A stretch of 62,542 nt of DNA, counting the filler, from Sphacelaria rigidula (taxonomy: Eukaryota), in the NCBI GenBank assembly GCA_964200075.2. It is 6 parts of 6 records of this genome, joined end to end, with 100 filler letters (N's around TTAATTAATTAA, not from the genome) between each part and the next. Parts side by side here need not be neighbours in the genome. Positions count along the whole stretch, not along the records: positions 10,442 to 20,782 come from CAXNAA020006690.1; positions 20,883 to 31,222 come from CAXNAA020006691.1; 4 more parts are not named here. One strand, written 5' to 3'. The first letter of the stretch is position 1, and every line of letters begins with the position of its first letter. A model generated the notes under the pieces. It searched no databases. It was not told where the DNA came from and saw nothing but the letters and a program-made list of their open reading frames with translations. Made by a program: the position numbers and the translations under genes. Positions 11,549-24,559 of the stretch are shown piece by piece.

Positions 11549-13299
11549 TGCGGAGGCATTTATGAGGTGTAACTGCTTCCAATCTGCGTGTCACAAGCTG
11601 GACCACGATGATGCGATAGGCACGTCTTCGCTCCCTGTTGTATTTCCAAGACTTCGCAGTTGTGGACATCCGCGAGCGGAGGAGGCGGGCATTGAAAATG
11701 GGAAGTTGAGCTGTGCAAAGTGGGGGGCGGTCCTCGAGGCAAGGGATGAGCGAGGGTACATTAACAACGTGTAGTGAAGATAAATCAGGGCTTTTAACGA
11801 CTCTCTGTTGTAAACGCGGGGGGCATATGTCATTTCCCGTGCTCATGTCAATTATGTTTGCGCTTGCCAGGGTGGCGCTGAGTCTTTCCTAATTTTTTTA
11901 ATTGTCTTTTGTTTTTCTGTTTTGCGAGTCATTGCATGGCGGGTGATATGTATTTTATTCTCCGCATGCAATATTGAAGGAGGGAGAAGAAATCCAAACA
12001 GGTGGTCGTGTGGAAAGGGGACGCGTGTGTGGCGATATTTCATCTTTTCATTGTCTTGCGTTTCTCTCTCTTCTCCCGTGAGGGTGGGTCTTGCTTTCAC
12101 GCCATCGACTTGAGGTTAGACAACGTTCATTTGTAGTTGTGTTGTAGATTCAAACACACTTACTTGTACTACCGCGGCACAGTAAGTGATTTGCGACCCC
12201 CTGTCGAGCGGTTGTCTACCGATTACCTGGGTTCTTGCTGTGTCTACTCTCACTGAGACAAAGCAAGCGTTGTTGTTGCGTACTAGGTCATACAACACCA
12301 AAACGCTGCCGACTAGTGTACTGTAAGACTAGTGTTTCGTGCCTGCATCTTCCGGCGAGCAGCTAGATCAACATGGCATGATGTAGAATACCTTGGCATA
12401 TTTTTCGTTTGTGCGCTTCGTAGTGGCTATTCATATTGCATTCGTGTGCATGTGATGTAAGCGGAGATAAGATGCTGCTTCGTGGTGTCGACTGATAATC
12501 GAGATAATCCCGTGCACTTGGTTGTCGCAACAGTATTGCACATATGGTTTATTTTAGCGGTAGACAGGTGCCGTGTGAAAATTTGCGCAGAGCAGGGGGG
12601 CGCGGGGGGGGGGCCACGAATCTCTCCCTTACGAGAATGTGGCTTGAACCCTAGTCCGTTTCACAACTCTCGTAGTTGCGATCAACTCTCATCCGCGTGT
12701 CAAGACGGTTGAAATTCAAACAGCGCGCAACATTTTGGTGTGGTATTATCGTTCAGGAAAAAAAAACTACTGTAGGCCGTAGACTGCCGTCCAGAATAAG
12801 TGGGATGACAACACAGACAGTACTCTCGGGAGAGATGACACATTTATTGGGGAATGGAGGTACTGTATATGCTCCCATCATACCCCATTTTTTATCACCC
12901 CTCTTAACTACAAGAGCGAGGACGTTCACCTAAAACAATACGTGCGCTTCATCGCCGAACGAAGCGGGACAGCGGGAAAACATGTGTATTTTCGGGTGTA
13001 TCTTTGACGAGGGTGATACAGTAATACTGCCAAACTCGCTCTAGTGCACACGTCGGACAGTATAGATGGGTCACCAAGAGAAAAGCTGATCGAAGTGGAT
13101 TCTTAGCTCATTTCACGGTTCGGACAAAATCATCGTCGGTTTGAATAACGGAATCTACGATTTTCAGGGCTGATTGCTCTGGAGACAAAAAGTCGACCGC
13201 TGGTCAAGGAAGGGCCCTACGCTACATTTGCACCATTCCGTGTGCCTGGGCTGCGCGTACCCGCCTGGGTTACAACGCTGAAAACAAAGCTCGGTGATT

Positions 13300-13505
13300 G
13301 ATTCGTACCGTACGAATCAATGACCCTAGAATCAAGTAATATCGAGACGAATTATTCATTCGTCCGACTCAGGGATCCCTAGTCCAAAAACACAAAATGC
13401 CTGAGAGCGGGCGGGGTCCGAAATTTAAAGTTCCAACTCGACGCTACTCCGCGTGCTCTACATCGAGCGCTGTAGGGAGTAAATACGGGAAAAAGGGATC
13501 AAGTA
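13300..13505 (+). repeat. Dispersed repeat, copy 1 (others at about 17030-17220 and 20300-20480)
   Basis: Shared core ...ctc(c/g)gcgtgctc...gcgctg(t/c)agg(g/a)ag(t/c)aaa... in all three copies. Boundaries approximate. Confidence 0.6.
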
Positions 13506-13510
13506 CTTCT

Positions 13511-14008
13511 TGTAGTCTGAAGACGAATGCTCTGAGAACCACGCTTTTCGAGCCCAGTTACCACGGATTTTTGGCGGAATACGCGGGCCTTGGCGGATTG
13601 GCCCTCCTCAGCAAGATTTGCTATGTTTTCCACGATGAATCTAGCGCGCTTTTCCGATTTTTCATACTCCCAGTCTTACTGTTGGCCGGATTCTGTTTTT
13701 CTCCAGTCGTGCCAAAAACCTTCGAGTAGACGGTAAAAAGCACGTCTTCTCCCCGACAACTAGAAGATCGCCTCTTTTCCGAAAACTGGACGATTATTGG
13801 GGCGACTGAAAAAATCAAGAGTCTTGAATCCTGCCGAAACTAAAACTGGGAGGACGAAAAATCGGAAAAGCGCGCTAGAATCCTCGTGAAAAATATAGCA
13901 AAACGTTCCGAGGAGACCAAATCTGCCAAGGCCTGTATTCCGCCAATCACTCGCGATAAAATGCTGAAGAAGGGCAGTTTTCACAGAAAAGTAGGTTTTC
14001 AGACTATA
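13511..14008. mobile_element. Foldback element with ~240-bp imperfect inverted arms
   Basis: Termini tgtagtctgaa and ttcagactata; for example ttctagcgcgcttttccgatttttc-type sequence pairs with gaaaaatcggaaaagcgcgctagaa. Loop of about 10 nt near 13750-13760. Confidence 0.8.
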
Positions 14009-14380
14009 AATAAGAAGCGGTCTCCATGATGTGATGCATGATCAGCGATTGCAACGCAACAGCAGTGGATAGCAAAAATCTACTGTGACCGACTGTAGTA
14101 TTGGGTTAATGTGGAGATCTCTCAGCCTTGCTTACCCACTTCCTACAATGCGTGCACGAGCACGCACAGACGCACAGGCATCGGCACTATTAATACTTGC
14201 TTCTCCGCCCTGGTCGAGACACGTAGTACGGCCTATCCTGAACAAAGATTCGGAACACCTTCTTCTTCCTGACAAGAGTATGACCAAATTCAATGTTGAT
14301 CCGGCGAGTCTCCCAGAGTCGCAACCAGTGCATAGTACTCGTGGAGACTCTACAGACCACCAACAGCAAGAGCAGCAGCA

Positions 14381-14584
14381 ATGATGCCGCAGTGTGCTGC
14401 CTCCCGGAGGTCGAGCCGCTTCGCTACACCTCATCGCCTGTCACGCCTTGCTCTACTCTCCGCGGTGTTGATTTTAATATGCTTGATTGGGCTCCGGCGA
14501 GTCGATGCCGGAAATTCTGCTAGCAGCAGTGGAGCAGCCATCGTTGATGATGCAGAAGAAATGGTGGTGGCTAGTGATCATCAG
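14381..14584 (+). CDS. Probable first exon with signal peptide or anchor, unknown protein
   Basis: ATG, hydrophobic stretch 'LALLSAVLILICLIGL' followed by 'VDA-G', and a strong donor cag|gtaagg in phase 0. Confidence 0.6.
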
Positions 14585-15114
14585 GTAAGGCTGCGCGATG
14601 CTGTTTTCGGTTATTTCGCCGTGTTCCTTTCGCTGCCTTGCTGCCTCAATTGAATACGGGAACTTCCACCCTTGTTGCTGATTCACGGTAGAGTTGTGCT
14701 CATTTCTCGTCACGGAGAAAAGCTAAGCGAGCCGCACAACAAACACAGCGGAGCCAGAAGCGGAGAAATATCGATTCCTTGTAGGTCACGGTTCCACAGT
14801 ACAGCTTACTACAACAGTGCATGTACTTGCGATATGATGCGTGTGGGTCTCACAGTCGGTGCAGATAGAGTCAGTAGTACAATACAGTTCAGTGAAGCAT
14901 ATCCACGGATAGATAGGAAGGCGTACATACAACATGCCCATTTGTTAGTGAGAAGCCTCGGGATTCCAGGGCGTTGCGTCACATATTTGTTACCTGTGGG
15001 ATTTAGGGGCGTTGCGTCAAAATAAAGTTTTGTAGATATCATGTGTTCGATTTGTCGTCCTGCTTCGCGGTGTCTTTTGTGTTGTCGTTTTGTACAACCA
15101 TTTTCCGGTTCCAG

Positions 15115-15213
15115 TGGGAGGTGCGCATTGACAGATTGCAGAACACCACCCGAAGAAGAATGAATAGAACACTCACCGCCACGCTCGAGTCACGAAGGAA
15201 AGGAGTAGCATCT
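15115..15213 (+). CDS. Possible internal exon (WEVRIDRLQNTT...KGVAS)
   Basis: Pyrimidine tract with ccag acceptor, gtgagg donor, 99 nt, phase 0. Confidence 0.45.
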
Positions 15214-17029
15214 GTGAGGTTGGCTTTTATACCGTCCACTTCTTTAGTGCTCAGGCATTTGTATATTGTAGGATATGAAGGTGAAAATGTCATGTTCCAC
15301 ATACTGCTGGAAAATGGGTCGTGTGCACTGGTGTGCACCTATTCACCAGTACGTTGATACAGAAAAAGTTTTATCATAGGCACCGATGGTGAGTCGTTAA
15401 TCCAAGCAAGATACATGACAGTGAACAATGCTTACGCGTATCATATTGTTGTATGTTCGTTCTTATTGGTCCTGCGGTCAGCCAATCGCGCTTCTCTCCC
15501 CTACCCCCTGGTCAGATGACCACGGCCTGTAGGATCATAGGAATGACGTAACCCCCCTCCCCCCCCCCCTCCCCTCCGCGCCTCCCAGAACACGGTAAAA
15601 TTATTGCGTGCTTGATAGTGCATTACCGCAGTACAGTACTCGTAGAGTCTGAATATGAGTATGCGCGGTTTACGGGTGTGTACGTCTCTAGTTCCTCCCC
15701 AGGTGTTGCAGAGCAGGACATGAGGAAAACACGTCGGGGTTTATCAAATCGGTACGTATAATCTGTGCACGTGTCCGCGTATGCTGCCGTTTCTGTGTCA
15801 AGGGAACCAGCGTCCGGAAGCAGCACGTTGATTGGTCGCCGGGCGGATCCATTGATAATATTATTATTTCCACACATTGGTCCGATCTCGCGAACCCGTG
15901 GTCACAGACGTAGGCTCGCCTTTCCAATACCGTCCCTGCTATTCCTTACAAGACATACTTCCTTTGTCCCATCAGTCTGGGAACTTATGAGCATTCGACC
16001 GTTTGGGTGTTCAAACGTTGACGATCATCCTACAGTTGCGTTCGTTAGAAAGATGAATTGCAAACGAAGATGATGCAAAAAAAGAGAGTTCGTTATCTAT
16101 TCTAAAATAGTAATTAAATATACCCATTCTGACCCTTTTTGATTCATTTATGCCTCATCATTGATCGATTTTGGACGTTTTCACGTCGAGCACTAGCAAC
16201 TACATGCTGGCAAACTGTCGGATGGGGCGTGCGTAGGTCAACGTCACGGGCATGTCCAAAATCAACGGTGGTTTCTCGATTTTTACAGTTTCTGGCCCAT
16301 TTTTCGCGATTTTTCGTGTTCCCGGGTCTCTCATGCTTTCATGGGAAAACGAGCGAAAAATGGCTGTTTTTGGACCGACCTACTTTTTCTCGGCCGCGCG
16401 GCTGCATGGGTCAAGCACCCACGTTATAGAAACAATGTTAGTTCCAGCTCAAAAAATGCCGACGAATGCAAAAACAAGATCGAAAATCAAATATCACACC
16501 GTTAAGGGCTCGTACAACCATAAGTGGCCAGACCTACGGGACAGAGGAAGTATTACCAAAAATGAAAATAAGAAGAGAGACACCACGAAAACCGGTGAGA
16601 AGTAGGTCTATGGTCCGCGACAAATCAACATGGTGGGTTTTGGACGCTTGTTTTCGTCTCGCTTCTTTTTTTAGGTCCCGGTAAGACGCGGCCTACGAGT
16701 AAGATACTAAGTTTCTGCGGCATGTCGTTCGTTGCACTTTCATGGTATACGCACGAATGGTTCGACGCGGTCGGGCTGTGCAATTGCCTGTTTTTTTCTG
16801 TCTTTTTTTTTTTTTTAGTTGCGCGCCCATGGTGGCGTATTACGAGGCCCCGTCTTGTAGAGGGCAAAAAAAACGAATGAGAACGACATTCTGACAATAA
16901 TGAGAATAAGAGTGACGAACTGCCCACGCGTGGCAACCATTTCACGTTCCCTTTCGCACTGTCCTTGTCATTATCATTCAGATCACGATGATGAATAGTT
17001 TTGGACGTCGGACAGATCATGAATCTGTG

Positions 17030-17220
17030 TGATCTGAAATAACTAATCGAAGGAGATTCGGATCTGTTTGGTCCGAAAATACGAAATATGTGACCTGGGA
17101 GTCGGAAGAGCCGGAGCGCAACCTTTGCCTCACTCGGCGTGCTCGGCGTCCGGCGCTGTAGGAAGCAAACAAGGAAAAAGAGGACCAAATGATCCGGATC
17201 ATGATCCGGATCTGTATACT
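17030..17220 (+). repeat. Dispersed repeat, copy 2
   Basis: Clearly alignable to 20300-20480 (cggatctgtttg.tccg.aaa.a.gaaatatgtgacc..ggagtcggaa.agcc). Confidence 0.7.
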
Positions 17221-17914
17221 GAGGGGAAGAAATATATAGACATTTTTTATGAGGACGGAGGAACAAATCCGATGAGAGTGCAGAAGTGGACGTAGACTGG
17301 TTGCCGCATGTGGGCTGTCATTTCATCACTAGTCGCTCTCCCAGCAATGGTGATTCTTATTATATTCTGTCTCGGTAAGCCCGGCATTACCGTAACATCA
17401 AGGCCTATTGCTGTCGTTGTGGAGCTGATATCATGGGGGTGCAGTTGAGCTTCTTCAGCGATCCGTTGCCGAGACGCCGATGGAAAATGTACGACTAATA
17501 TGGTCGTGTTATTGTGACTTGTCATCATTAGTTCGCTCCTTTTTTTTCGGTGATATGTATAAATAAATTATTGACGACGTAGCTCGTCCATAACTCCAGT
17601 GACGGCGGATTGTGGAAGGAGGGAAAACAAAAAAATGAAAGAGAGGGAAGGAAAGTCCGGGATTTTCGTTAATTGCAATGTGCAATGATGGCTGCACCAT
17701 ACGATTTAGGTCTTGATCAGTCGACGTTTTGTTTTCTTGTATTCCGTCGGTGTAAAAAAGTATGCGCGCATGCTTTCTCATGTGTAAATGCTTTCAATTC
17801 TTCAAGGTGGATGGTATAACTGTTTATTTCAATGCCTTGCCCGCTGCTGTCTTTTATGCGGGGGTGGGTGGGGTGGCGCGTGTTGAAAATGCGTTCGATC
17901 CGTCATTCCACTAG

Positions 17915-18130
17915 GCGTGCGCCTCCCCAGACCACATCAAAGCACTGGAGGAGCGCAGCGAAGCCTCCCAGGTCCAGCTGGCGGCAGCCGAGGAAACCGC
18001 GGCATCTCTCAGGGCAGAGTCAGCTGCGGCCGCAGAAAAGAATACGGCTCTCGCGGCCGAAGTTGGCGACCTGCAGAACCGGCTATCGGAGCTGAGCGCG
18101 GCCCTGGAAGGAGCGTCAAAAGCGCAGGAG
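17915..18130 (+). CDS. 216-nt phase 0-0 coiled-coil exon, copy A
   Basis: tag acceptor and gtgtgt donor. Reads ACASPDHIKALEERSEASQVQLAAAEETAASLRAESAAAAEKNTALAAEVGDLQNRLSELSAALEGASKAQE; this frame is not in the ORF track. Confidence 0.8.
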
Positions 18131-18912
18131 GTGTGTATTATGTCATACTCCAGTGTCATACTCCAATACAGCGGAGGGTGATAATGTGGAACCCTCCCCG
18201 ACGTCGAGCTTGTGTAGAAGCAAGACCCCCGTACCGCACTGCCGTTACTATTCCCCGTTTTCTCTCTTGAACGAAAGATGATGATCTAAAACCCTGCCCA
18301 AAACTCGACCTCGTCCAGAAGCACCGTACCGTACGCACCATACCGCACTGCCGTTCCTATTGTTCGTTCTTCTGTTCTCAAACATAAGATGTCAGCGATG
18401 ATCCGAAACCCGCCGCAATCCCGGGCTTGTCTAAAAACAAGATCCTCGCACCGCACTGCTGTTACTATTCCCCCTGCCCCCTCCCCCCTTTTTTTTGTTT
18501 ACACGAAACATGTTGACGGTGAGATGGGTTTTTGCAATGACGCCGGTTGAGACGAGGGTGTAGCCCGTAAGATGGTTTTGGGATGAGAATGGAGGTTCGC
18601 ATACGTTGGACAGAACCGAAGATGGATTATATGGTGGTATTTTCAAATGTATCGTGTGTCTACGACCGGTATATGGGTGGAACATACCTTTTCATGCAGC
18701 TGCTCTGCCAGCTTGGAAATAGCCTCTCCACACATTTGGCAGGGTGTTCTGTCTGCCAGTTTTGGGGTAACGTTCCCGAACTTTAGTGAGTACTCTACCG
18801 CCTGGGGGACAAGTTTTCCACACGTCGGCAAGTATTTGGTCAGTTTTGGAGCAACTTTTCCAAACGTTGGCGCGTATTTTTGGACCAACTTTTCCTTTTC
18901 CTTCGGTAGCCA

Positions 18913-19028
18913 TAGCGTGAGCGTTAGCGGTAACATTTAGCGTTAGCGTTAGCGTTAGCTTCAGCGTTACCGTTACCGTTACCGTTACCGTTACCGTTAT
19001 CGTTTGGCGTTTGGCGTTTAGCGCTAGT
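18913..19028. repeat. Degenerate hexamer repeat (GCGTTA/CCGTTA)n
   Basis: Sequence agcgttagcgttagcgtt...accgttaccgttaccgtt... Confidence 0.85.
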
Positions 19029-19302
19029 GCAAAATCGTAAGTTTCGGGGGAACTTCAATCCTACCAAGTGGTAATATGACCTCACAACAGAAGTGACAAA
19101 ATGAATGTGCGAAAAAAAATGCCTTTTATCTGTATCGTAAATTGCGCTCGCGCGCATACGCACAACGAAGGCAACTATCTAAATACAGGAGGAAGAGATG
19201 ATCATAAATTTCTCATGAGTTGTTTCGTTTCCGTTTTATTTATTTTCATCATGGGGGCGGGGGGCGGGGGGGCGGGAATACGTCTCCGATCCATTCGACC
19301 AG

Positions 19303-19518
19303 GCGTGCATCTCCCCAGACCACGTCAAAGCACTGGAAGAGCGCGGCGAATCTTCTCAGGCCCAACTTGCGGCAGCCGAGGAAACCGCGGCATCTCTCAG
19401 GGCAGAGTCAGCGGCGACAGCAGAAAAGAACGCGGCTCTCTCCGCCGAAGTTGGTGATCTACAGAAGCAGGTGTCGGAGATGGGTGTGGCCCTGGGAGAG
19501 GCGTCGAAGGCACAGGAG
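19303..19518 (+). CDS. 216-nt phase 0-0 coiled-coil exon, copy B
   Basis: cag acceptor and gtgtgt donor. Reads ACISPDHVKALEERGESSQAQLAAAEETAASLRAESAATAEKNAALSAEVGDLQKQVSEMGVALGEASKAQE; paralogous to copy A with many third-position differences. Confidence 0.8.
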
Positions 19519-19750
19519 GTGTGTATTTGTCACGATGCAGTGTTTTGCTGCAGCGTCGTATCATCCGTGGGGATGTGATGGTTCGAAAATCTCTGAGGTG
19601 GCTTGCTCGGTTGTCGTACGTTGTTGCTTTGCTTGTGTTGGCCTAACCAATCCTTGTTCCAGTTTGCAAAAAATGGGGGACAAAAAAAACGGCCCGCTGG
19701 ATTTTGATGCAATCAGTTGCTTCCGATAAGGGCGTGTCTTAGCGCATTAG

Positions 19751-19899
19751 TTTTCGATCGAAAAAGTGCGGTGGAAAACAAAAATCGCGATCTGATAGGT
19801 CGTAATTCCACCCATCGTCGTTAATCTTGGAGATGGTAGAAATCACGACCGAATCAGAATCGGGATTCTTGTTTCCCACCGCACTTTTTCGATCGAGAA
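19751..19899. mobile_element. Small foldback or MITE with ~65-bp arms
   Basis: tcgatcgaaaaagtgcggtgg pairs with ccaccgcactttttcgatcga. Confidence 0.75.
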
Positions 19900-19904
19900 A
19901 TGAC

Positions 19905-20270
19905 GTATGTGCCAAGAGTTGCCCCTGCAAAAGCAACAGAGAGTAGAACTCAGAATAGTGGAAGCATGTGCACTATAGAATGAGGAAAGGGGACGTGTTA
20001 GGGGGGGGAATGTGGGAAGTAATGGGAGGTGGCATGAAATCATTTAGCTCATTAGATACCGGCGAGAAAACGATCGCTGCACTGGAAGTTGGATGGTGGC
20101 CACTGATGGTGACACAAGACGGGGGTAAGATATGTGAAAGGCCATCATGTGATGTATGGAAGAAACGTAACAAGGGCCCAAATGTTGGAGGTGTTTCGAT
20201 CAGGAGCACGAACGGTGCTCCGTCTCGAAACAGATGCGTGATCAATGGTCAAACGGCTGAGGCAAGCGCA
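19905..20270 (+). mobile_element. LINE 3'-terminal fragment, same family as 140-3395
   Basis: agcaacagagagtagaactca (19931-19952) matches 3363-3383. 20036-20268 matches the reverse complement of the 1470-1722 insert. A second terminal motif, gcaacagatgagtacgcccc, lies at about 20532-20551. Confidence 0.8.
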
Positions 20271-20782
20271 CGCCAGACAGATGATGGCCCGTCTGAAATA
20301 ACTAATCTAGTAAAAGGAGAAGACTGTCGGATCTGTTTGATCCGGAAACATGAAATATGTGACCGCGGAGTCGGAAAAGCCAAAGCGCAACCTTTGCGCT
20401 ATTCGGCGTGCTCAGCGCCCGGCGCTGCAGGGAGCAAATATGGAAAGGGGAGGGGTCAAATGATCCTGACCAGTATACAGGGAGGAAGTAATTTTCGGAC
20501 GGATCGTGATCTATCCGACGTGTGGAAGGAAGCAACAGATGAGTACGCCCCGCACCCCCCCCCCCCCTTGGGTGAGGATTGGGTACACGATGACAAGGCT
20601 TCAAATCGCAATCTCGCTGGGGAGGGGTTGGTGAAGTCACGGTAGACTTCGTTGTTTGAGAAAAGTCCCCCTCCCGTTTGTCTGTTTTTCAGGTGTGACA
20701 TGCACTTACTACAGTAGTCAGCGTCAGAAGTATGCAGAATCCGTAATTTCTTAGTTGCTCGAAGATTGTCCAATTTTGTTTT

Positions 20783-20882
20783 NNNNNNNNNNNNNNNNNN
20801 NNNNNNNNNNNNNNNNNNNNNNNNNNTTAATTAATTAANNNNNNNNNNNNNNNNNNNNNNNNNNNNNNNNNNNNNNNNNNNN
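20783..20882. other. Artificial contig spacer
   Basis: N44-TTAATTAATTAA-N44. Confidence 0.97.
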
Positions 20883-22375
20883 AAACGAGCTGCGAGACTA
20901 TGCTCTCACGACTGACTTGCTGAGGACAACACAACCAGTCCTTCCTGCGTCACCGCCCACAACGCTCAGTCGTCAAGAGGGCTGCGCTTCACCCACAGGC
21001 GGGACCTCGTTCGGCGCGGAGGCTCCTCGACGCTGGATGTATCTGCACCATATAGCACAAAAAATAATCAAGAGAGAGAGAGACGAGAAAATCGCTCAGG
21101 ATAGGCAACAACGTTTCCACGCGGAAACAGGCAACACATCGCCGACTGCAACACCCACAGTGCAAGACTCTGGCACTCAATCATGGCTACAGTACTGGTC
21201 ACCCATTCCTCCAGTCTAGAATTGCTGCGCACGTGTTCTTACCGTCTGCACGAACGTTGATCGAATACACGAAACATGTTCGATCTCGGCAGTCAGGTTC
21301 ACAAAGTAGCTGAGACACTTGTTGTTGTACTGTAGTGTACTGTACTATGCGTCGACTAGCGATCTCTCGGGGCACCTGCACCCACGCTGGCACGTGTTGA
21401 TTCTTCGCGTTTTTTCACCCTCATGTCTCTGAGGTAGCTGCGCGTGCCTCGGTTTCCCTTTCAATTCAAACTAGAACCGCACCACGGTGTTTGGACCTTT
21501 ACCACTGAATCCCGCTACGACGCCAACTTGGGGGTTCGAATTTTCGGCGCACCGTTTTTTTTATTGTTACAAGCATCTGATATTCGTCGTTGAAATGTGT
21601 GCACGGGGGTAGCGAACAACCTTCATATGACGGGAGTCGACGCGATGCAGGGGTGCTGATCCAATCTACGATACCAAACTGTCAGGCGGGATCCATTGAG
21701 CTTTCAAGAATACAGACACATCCCGAGGAAGAGAACGGAAACACAGTGTGATACATAAAAAAAACACCTACAGCAACAAACCTCGTAATGCTCACACAGG
21801 ATAAACGACAAACTAGCAGTCGCCCCCTCCCTCTCCTCGTCCGTAACAAACAAACTGTGCTTGGTCGACAGCTTACCGTCTTCGGTCGTTCTTGGGGTCC
21901 CCGTCGCGGTAACGGAAGTTCGCCCCTCCGGCGATGCGCTCTGAGAACACGCCAACATACCATGCAAGCCGAGGAGTGCGGAGGGGGTGGTACCAGATGA
22001 AACACGGGAAGTTGGAGATTGGAGGTGTAACATCACGGAAACATGGGGTGTGCGGGCAGCGAGCGTGTGAACCGACGGGCATGGGGCATGAAGGAAATAG
22101 ACGCAAACGCACGCTGTGCTATGCATGCATGGAGTCTGTGTTCCATGTAGACAGCGATTAATTTCCCACGGGAGATACCGTGACTAGAGGGGCATCACAA
22201 GAAACAAAGCATCCACGCAGGCTTTCCGACGATAGTCCACCACCCTGAAAATAAGTCGAGTAGTTTTTCCATTCGCCATTCGTACGACCCGCGTGCTGCA
22301 TATCACCAGTCCAGTCGGTCGTTCCCACCGCGTTTTTCGCGTGTCAAAACCGCTACCTCCAAGTAATCGAGTTGC

Positions 22376-22530
22376 AAGGTCTCGTCTGTCCCCAGCTATC
22401 GCTGGTACTGTATGATCCGAGCTCGGTATCGCTGCTGTTGATGCAAGCGTCGTAGCGACGGTTACAGCAACAACAGCGATACCGAGCTCGGATCATACAG
22501 CACCAGCGATGGCTATGGACATGTGAGACT
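22376..22530. other. Long hairpin (pre-miRNA-like or tiny MITE)
   Basis: ctgtatgatccgagctcggtatcgctg (22408-22434) is an exact reverse complement of cagcgataccgagctcggatcatacag (22474-22500); 3-nt loop and a few mismatches elsewhere. Confidence 0.7.
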
Positions 22531-24559
22531 TCGCCACTCGATTTCTTGAAGGTAACGGTGGTGACACGTGATGAACGCGGTGGACACGGCCAACCGTACT
22601 GGTCATGTTTTGATTTCGATTTGATTGTCGCACTTCAAGTGACGCGCCATAAATCCAGCCGTGGTCGCATGATAGACGTGCCCAAGACACAACAAAACTG
22701 AAACACTCGCGGGAGGAAAAGAAGGAACAGAAGAAAGAGGAAAGTAGGACAGAACGACATCGTAGACCAAGGCGTACAAAAACATGTGCAGCACACAAAC
22801 CGTATGAACGGCCAACGAAACAACTTCAAGACATCGCATTGCAACAACTCACCTGTGTACAATCATTGCACGACCCGGGCTTCGTATCCGTGCGGGTGCT
22901 GCCGTCCTTGCTGTATGCGTCCGTCACCATGTCCACCCGTGGCGCCTCGACTACCGCGCTGTTGCGCAAGCAGTGCAGAGCGCGAACGCCGTCGACAACG
23001 GATTTGTTGACGTATTCCGTCCGGAAACGTCGCGCGCGCTTGCTCTTCTTCGAGGTCGTCGACAATTTGTCGGCGTAAACACCATCGTCATTACCAACCA
23101 TCCGCGCCCTCTTCTTTGCGCCCTTGTGCCTGCTGATATGGGTGCAGGCATTGCTGCTGCTCACCCATCGTTTGAACCGCCCTAGCATGATCGCGCCGTC
23201 CACTGCGGCCTCCATCTCCTCGTAGGCGTGGAGCACGCTTCTTGTCTTCGCAGAGGAGCGCATGACGCTGTCGGCTGCAGACACATGGTGAACACTGCGC
23301 GTCCTGGCGGAAGAGAACATTGTTCTGTCCGTGATCGCTGCAGCTTTCCAAGTCCACCTGTATCGTAGTTGAGACATCCCGCGAATAGCCACAACAGAGC
23401 GGTTGTGAAATCGGCACTACTCAAATAGGAGGCTGTGGTCACAATCAGGGTTGAGCTCTGAGCGAATCATTCCACGCTGAATCTTTCACACCTGGGTGGC
23501 TCGAGAAAACACCCAACAAGCAACCATTATTTTATCATGCAAACCATGGAGCTTTCAGAAAATTTTCAAAAACCCAACGGCTGGGAGTGCCGCCAACTTT
23601 TCAAAATTATATGTCGACAGTTTAGAACACGATTGTCATGTGCCGTCTACTCGACAACCGCAGCAAAACTCGTGCACGCAGCCGCTCAAGATAGTGTGCC
23701 GAAGGAAAACAATAGCCGAAGACTACTGCCACGTGATACTTTTGTACCATGCAACACAAGCCGTGAGTCTACCGTGTGCGACAGACTGCAGCAGTCCTCT
23801 CACACAAAAAAAGACGCAAACCAGCAGTGGTGGCATATTTTGGTGTCAAAGCTAAATCAGCTGCCACGTGCTTGTGCAGACACATGGAGTACCGCAATAG
23901 GTCACACTAGAACAGAAGGTGTACACTGTGAACAAGTCAGGCTCGTACCGATCGCCTCGCGAGCTGCGGCAGCATACACGAGCGCTACGCAGTGCCATCG
24001 ACAGCCGTTGTTGTATGATGAACGGATTATTAATACCAAGATGTGATGAAACAACAGCGCTCCAAAGACGTGTGATAAGGTGGTATCACACGAAGAAACG
24101 TGCGTCTGCCGAACATGCTTGACGTGCGCTTTCGTTTCGCTCCTCACCTTTTATTGCACGTGCACAGCTACACCCGCGATGTGCATGCAGCCATTCGTTG
24201 GAGCCTACAGCAGGGGAGAGAGCACAAAAGTAGCCCGTTATATTAGACCCGAAGTCATGTGTGGCGTTGGGCGTTGAGTGTCGAATCTTGCCTGCAGTTG
24301 AAAGCTGAAGATGGGCGTTATTGACGTACGTAGCGGTAGATCATGATACACGCTAATGCGATACATTTCGGTATCCTTGTCCAACCAAGATCGTCGACAC
24401 AGTCGCATGATATCATCCAAACAACACGGTGTATGAAGCTCCTCCACTTCGACCGCGGTTCGGGACAGGCTGCGAGACGGTCGCACTTCGTTGTATTAGA
24501 GCTCGAGCAACGGAAGGCTGTAATTTGTGAAACTCGGGTGTCTCACGCCCAGCTTTGAT

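Noticed and set aside
19968..20645. 225-aa ORF
   Set aside because: Chance read-through across a LINE 3' fragment and a dispersed repeat.
20917..21219. ORF ending ...QSWLQYWSPIPPV as a terminal exon
   Set aside because: No recognisable homology and cut by the contig start; cannot be supported.
22826..23392. 188-aa minus-strand ORF as a gene
   Set aside because: No recognisable domain or splice support; may be part of the decayed element.
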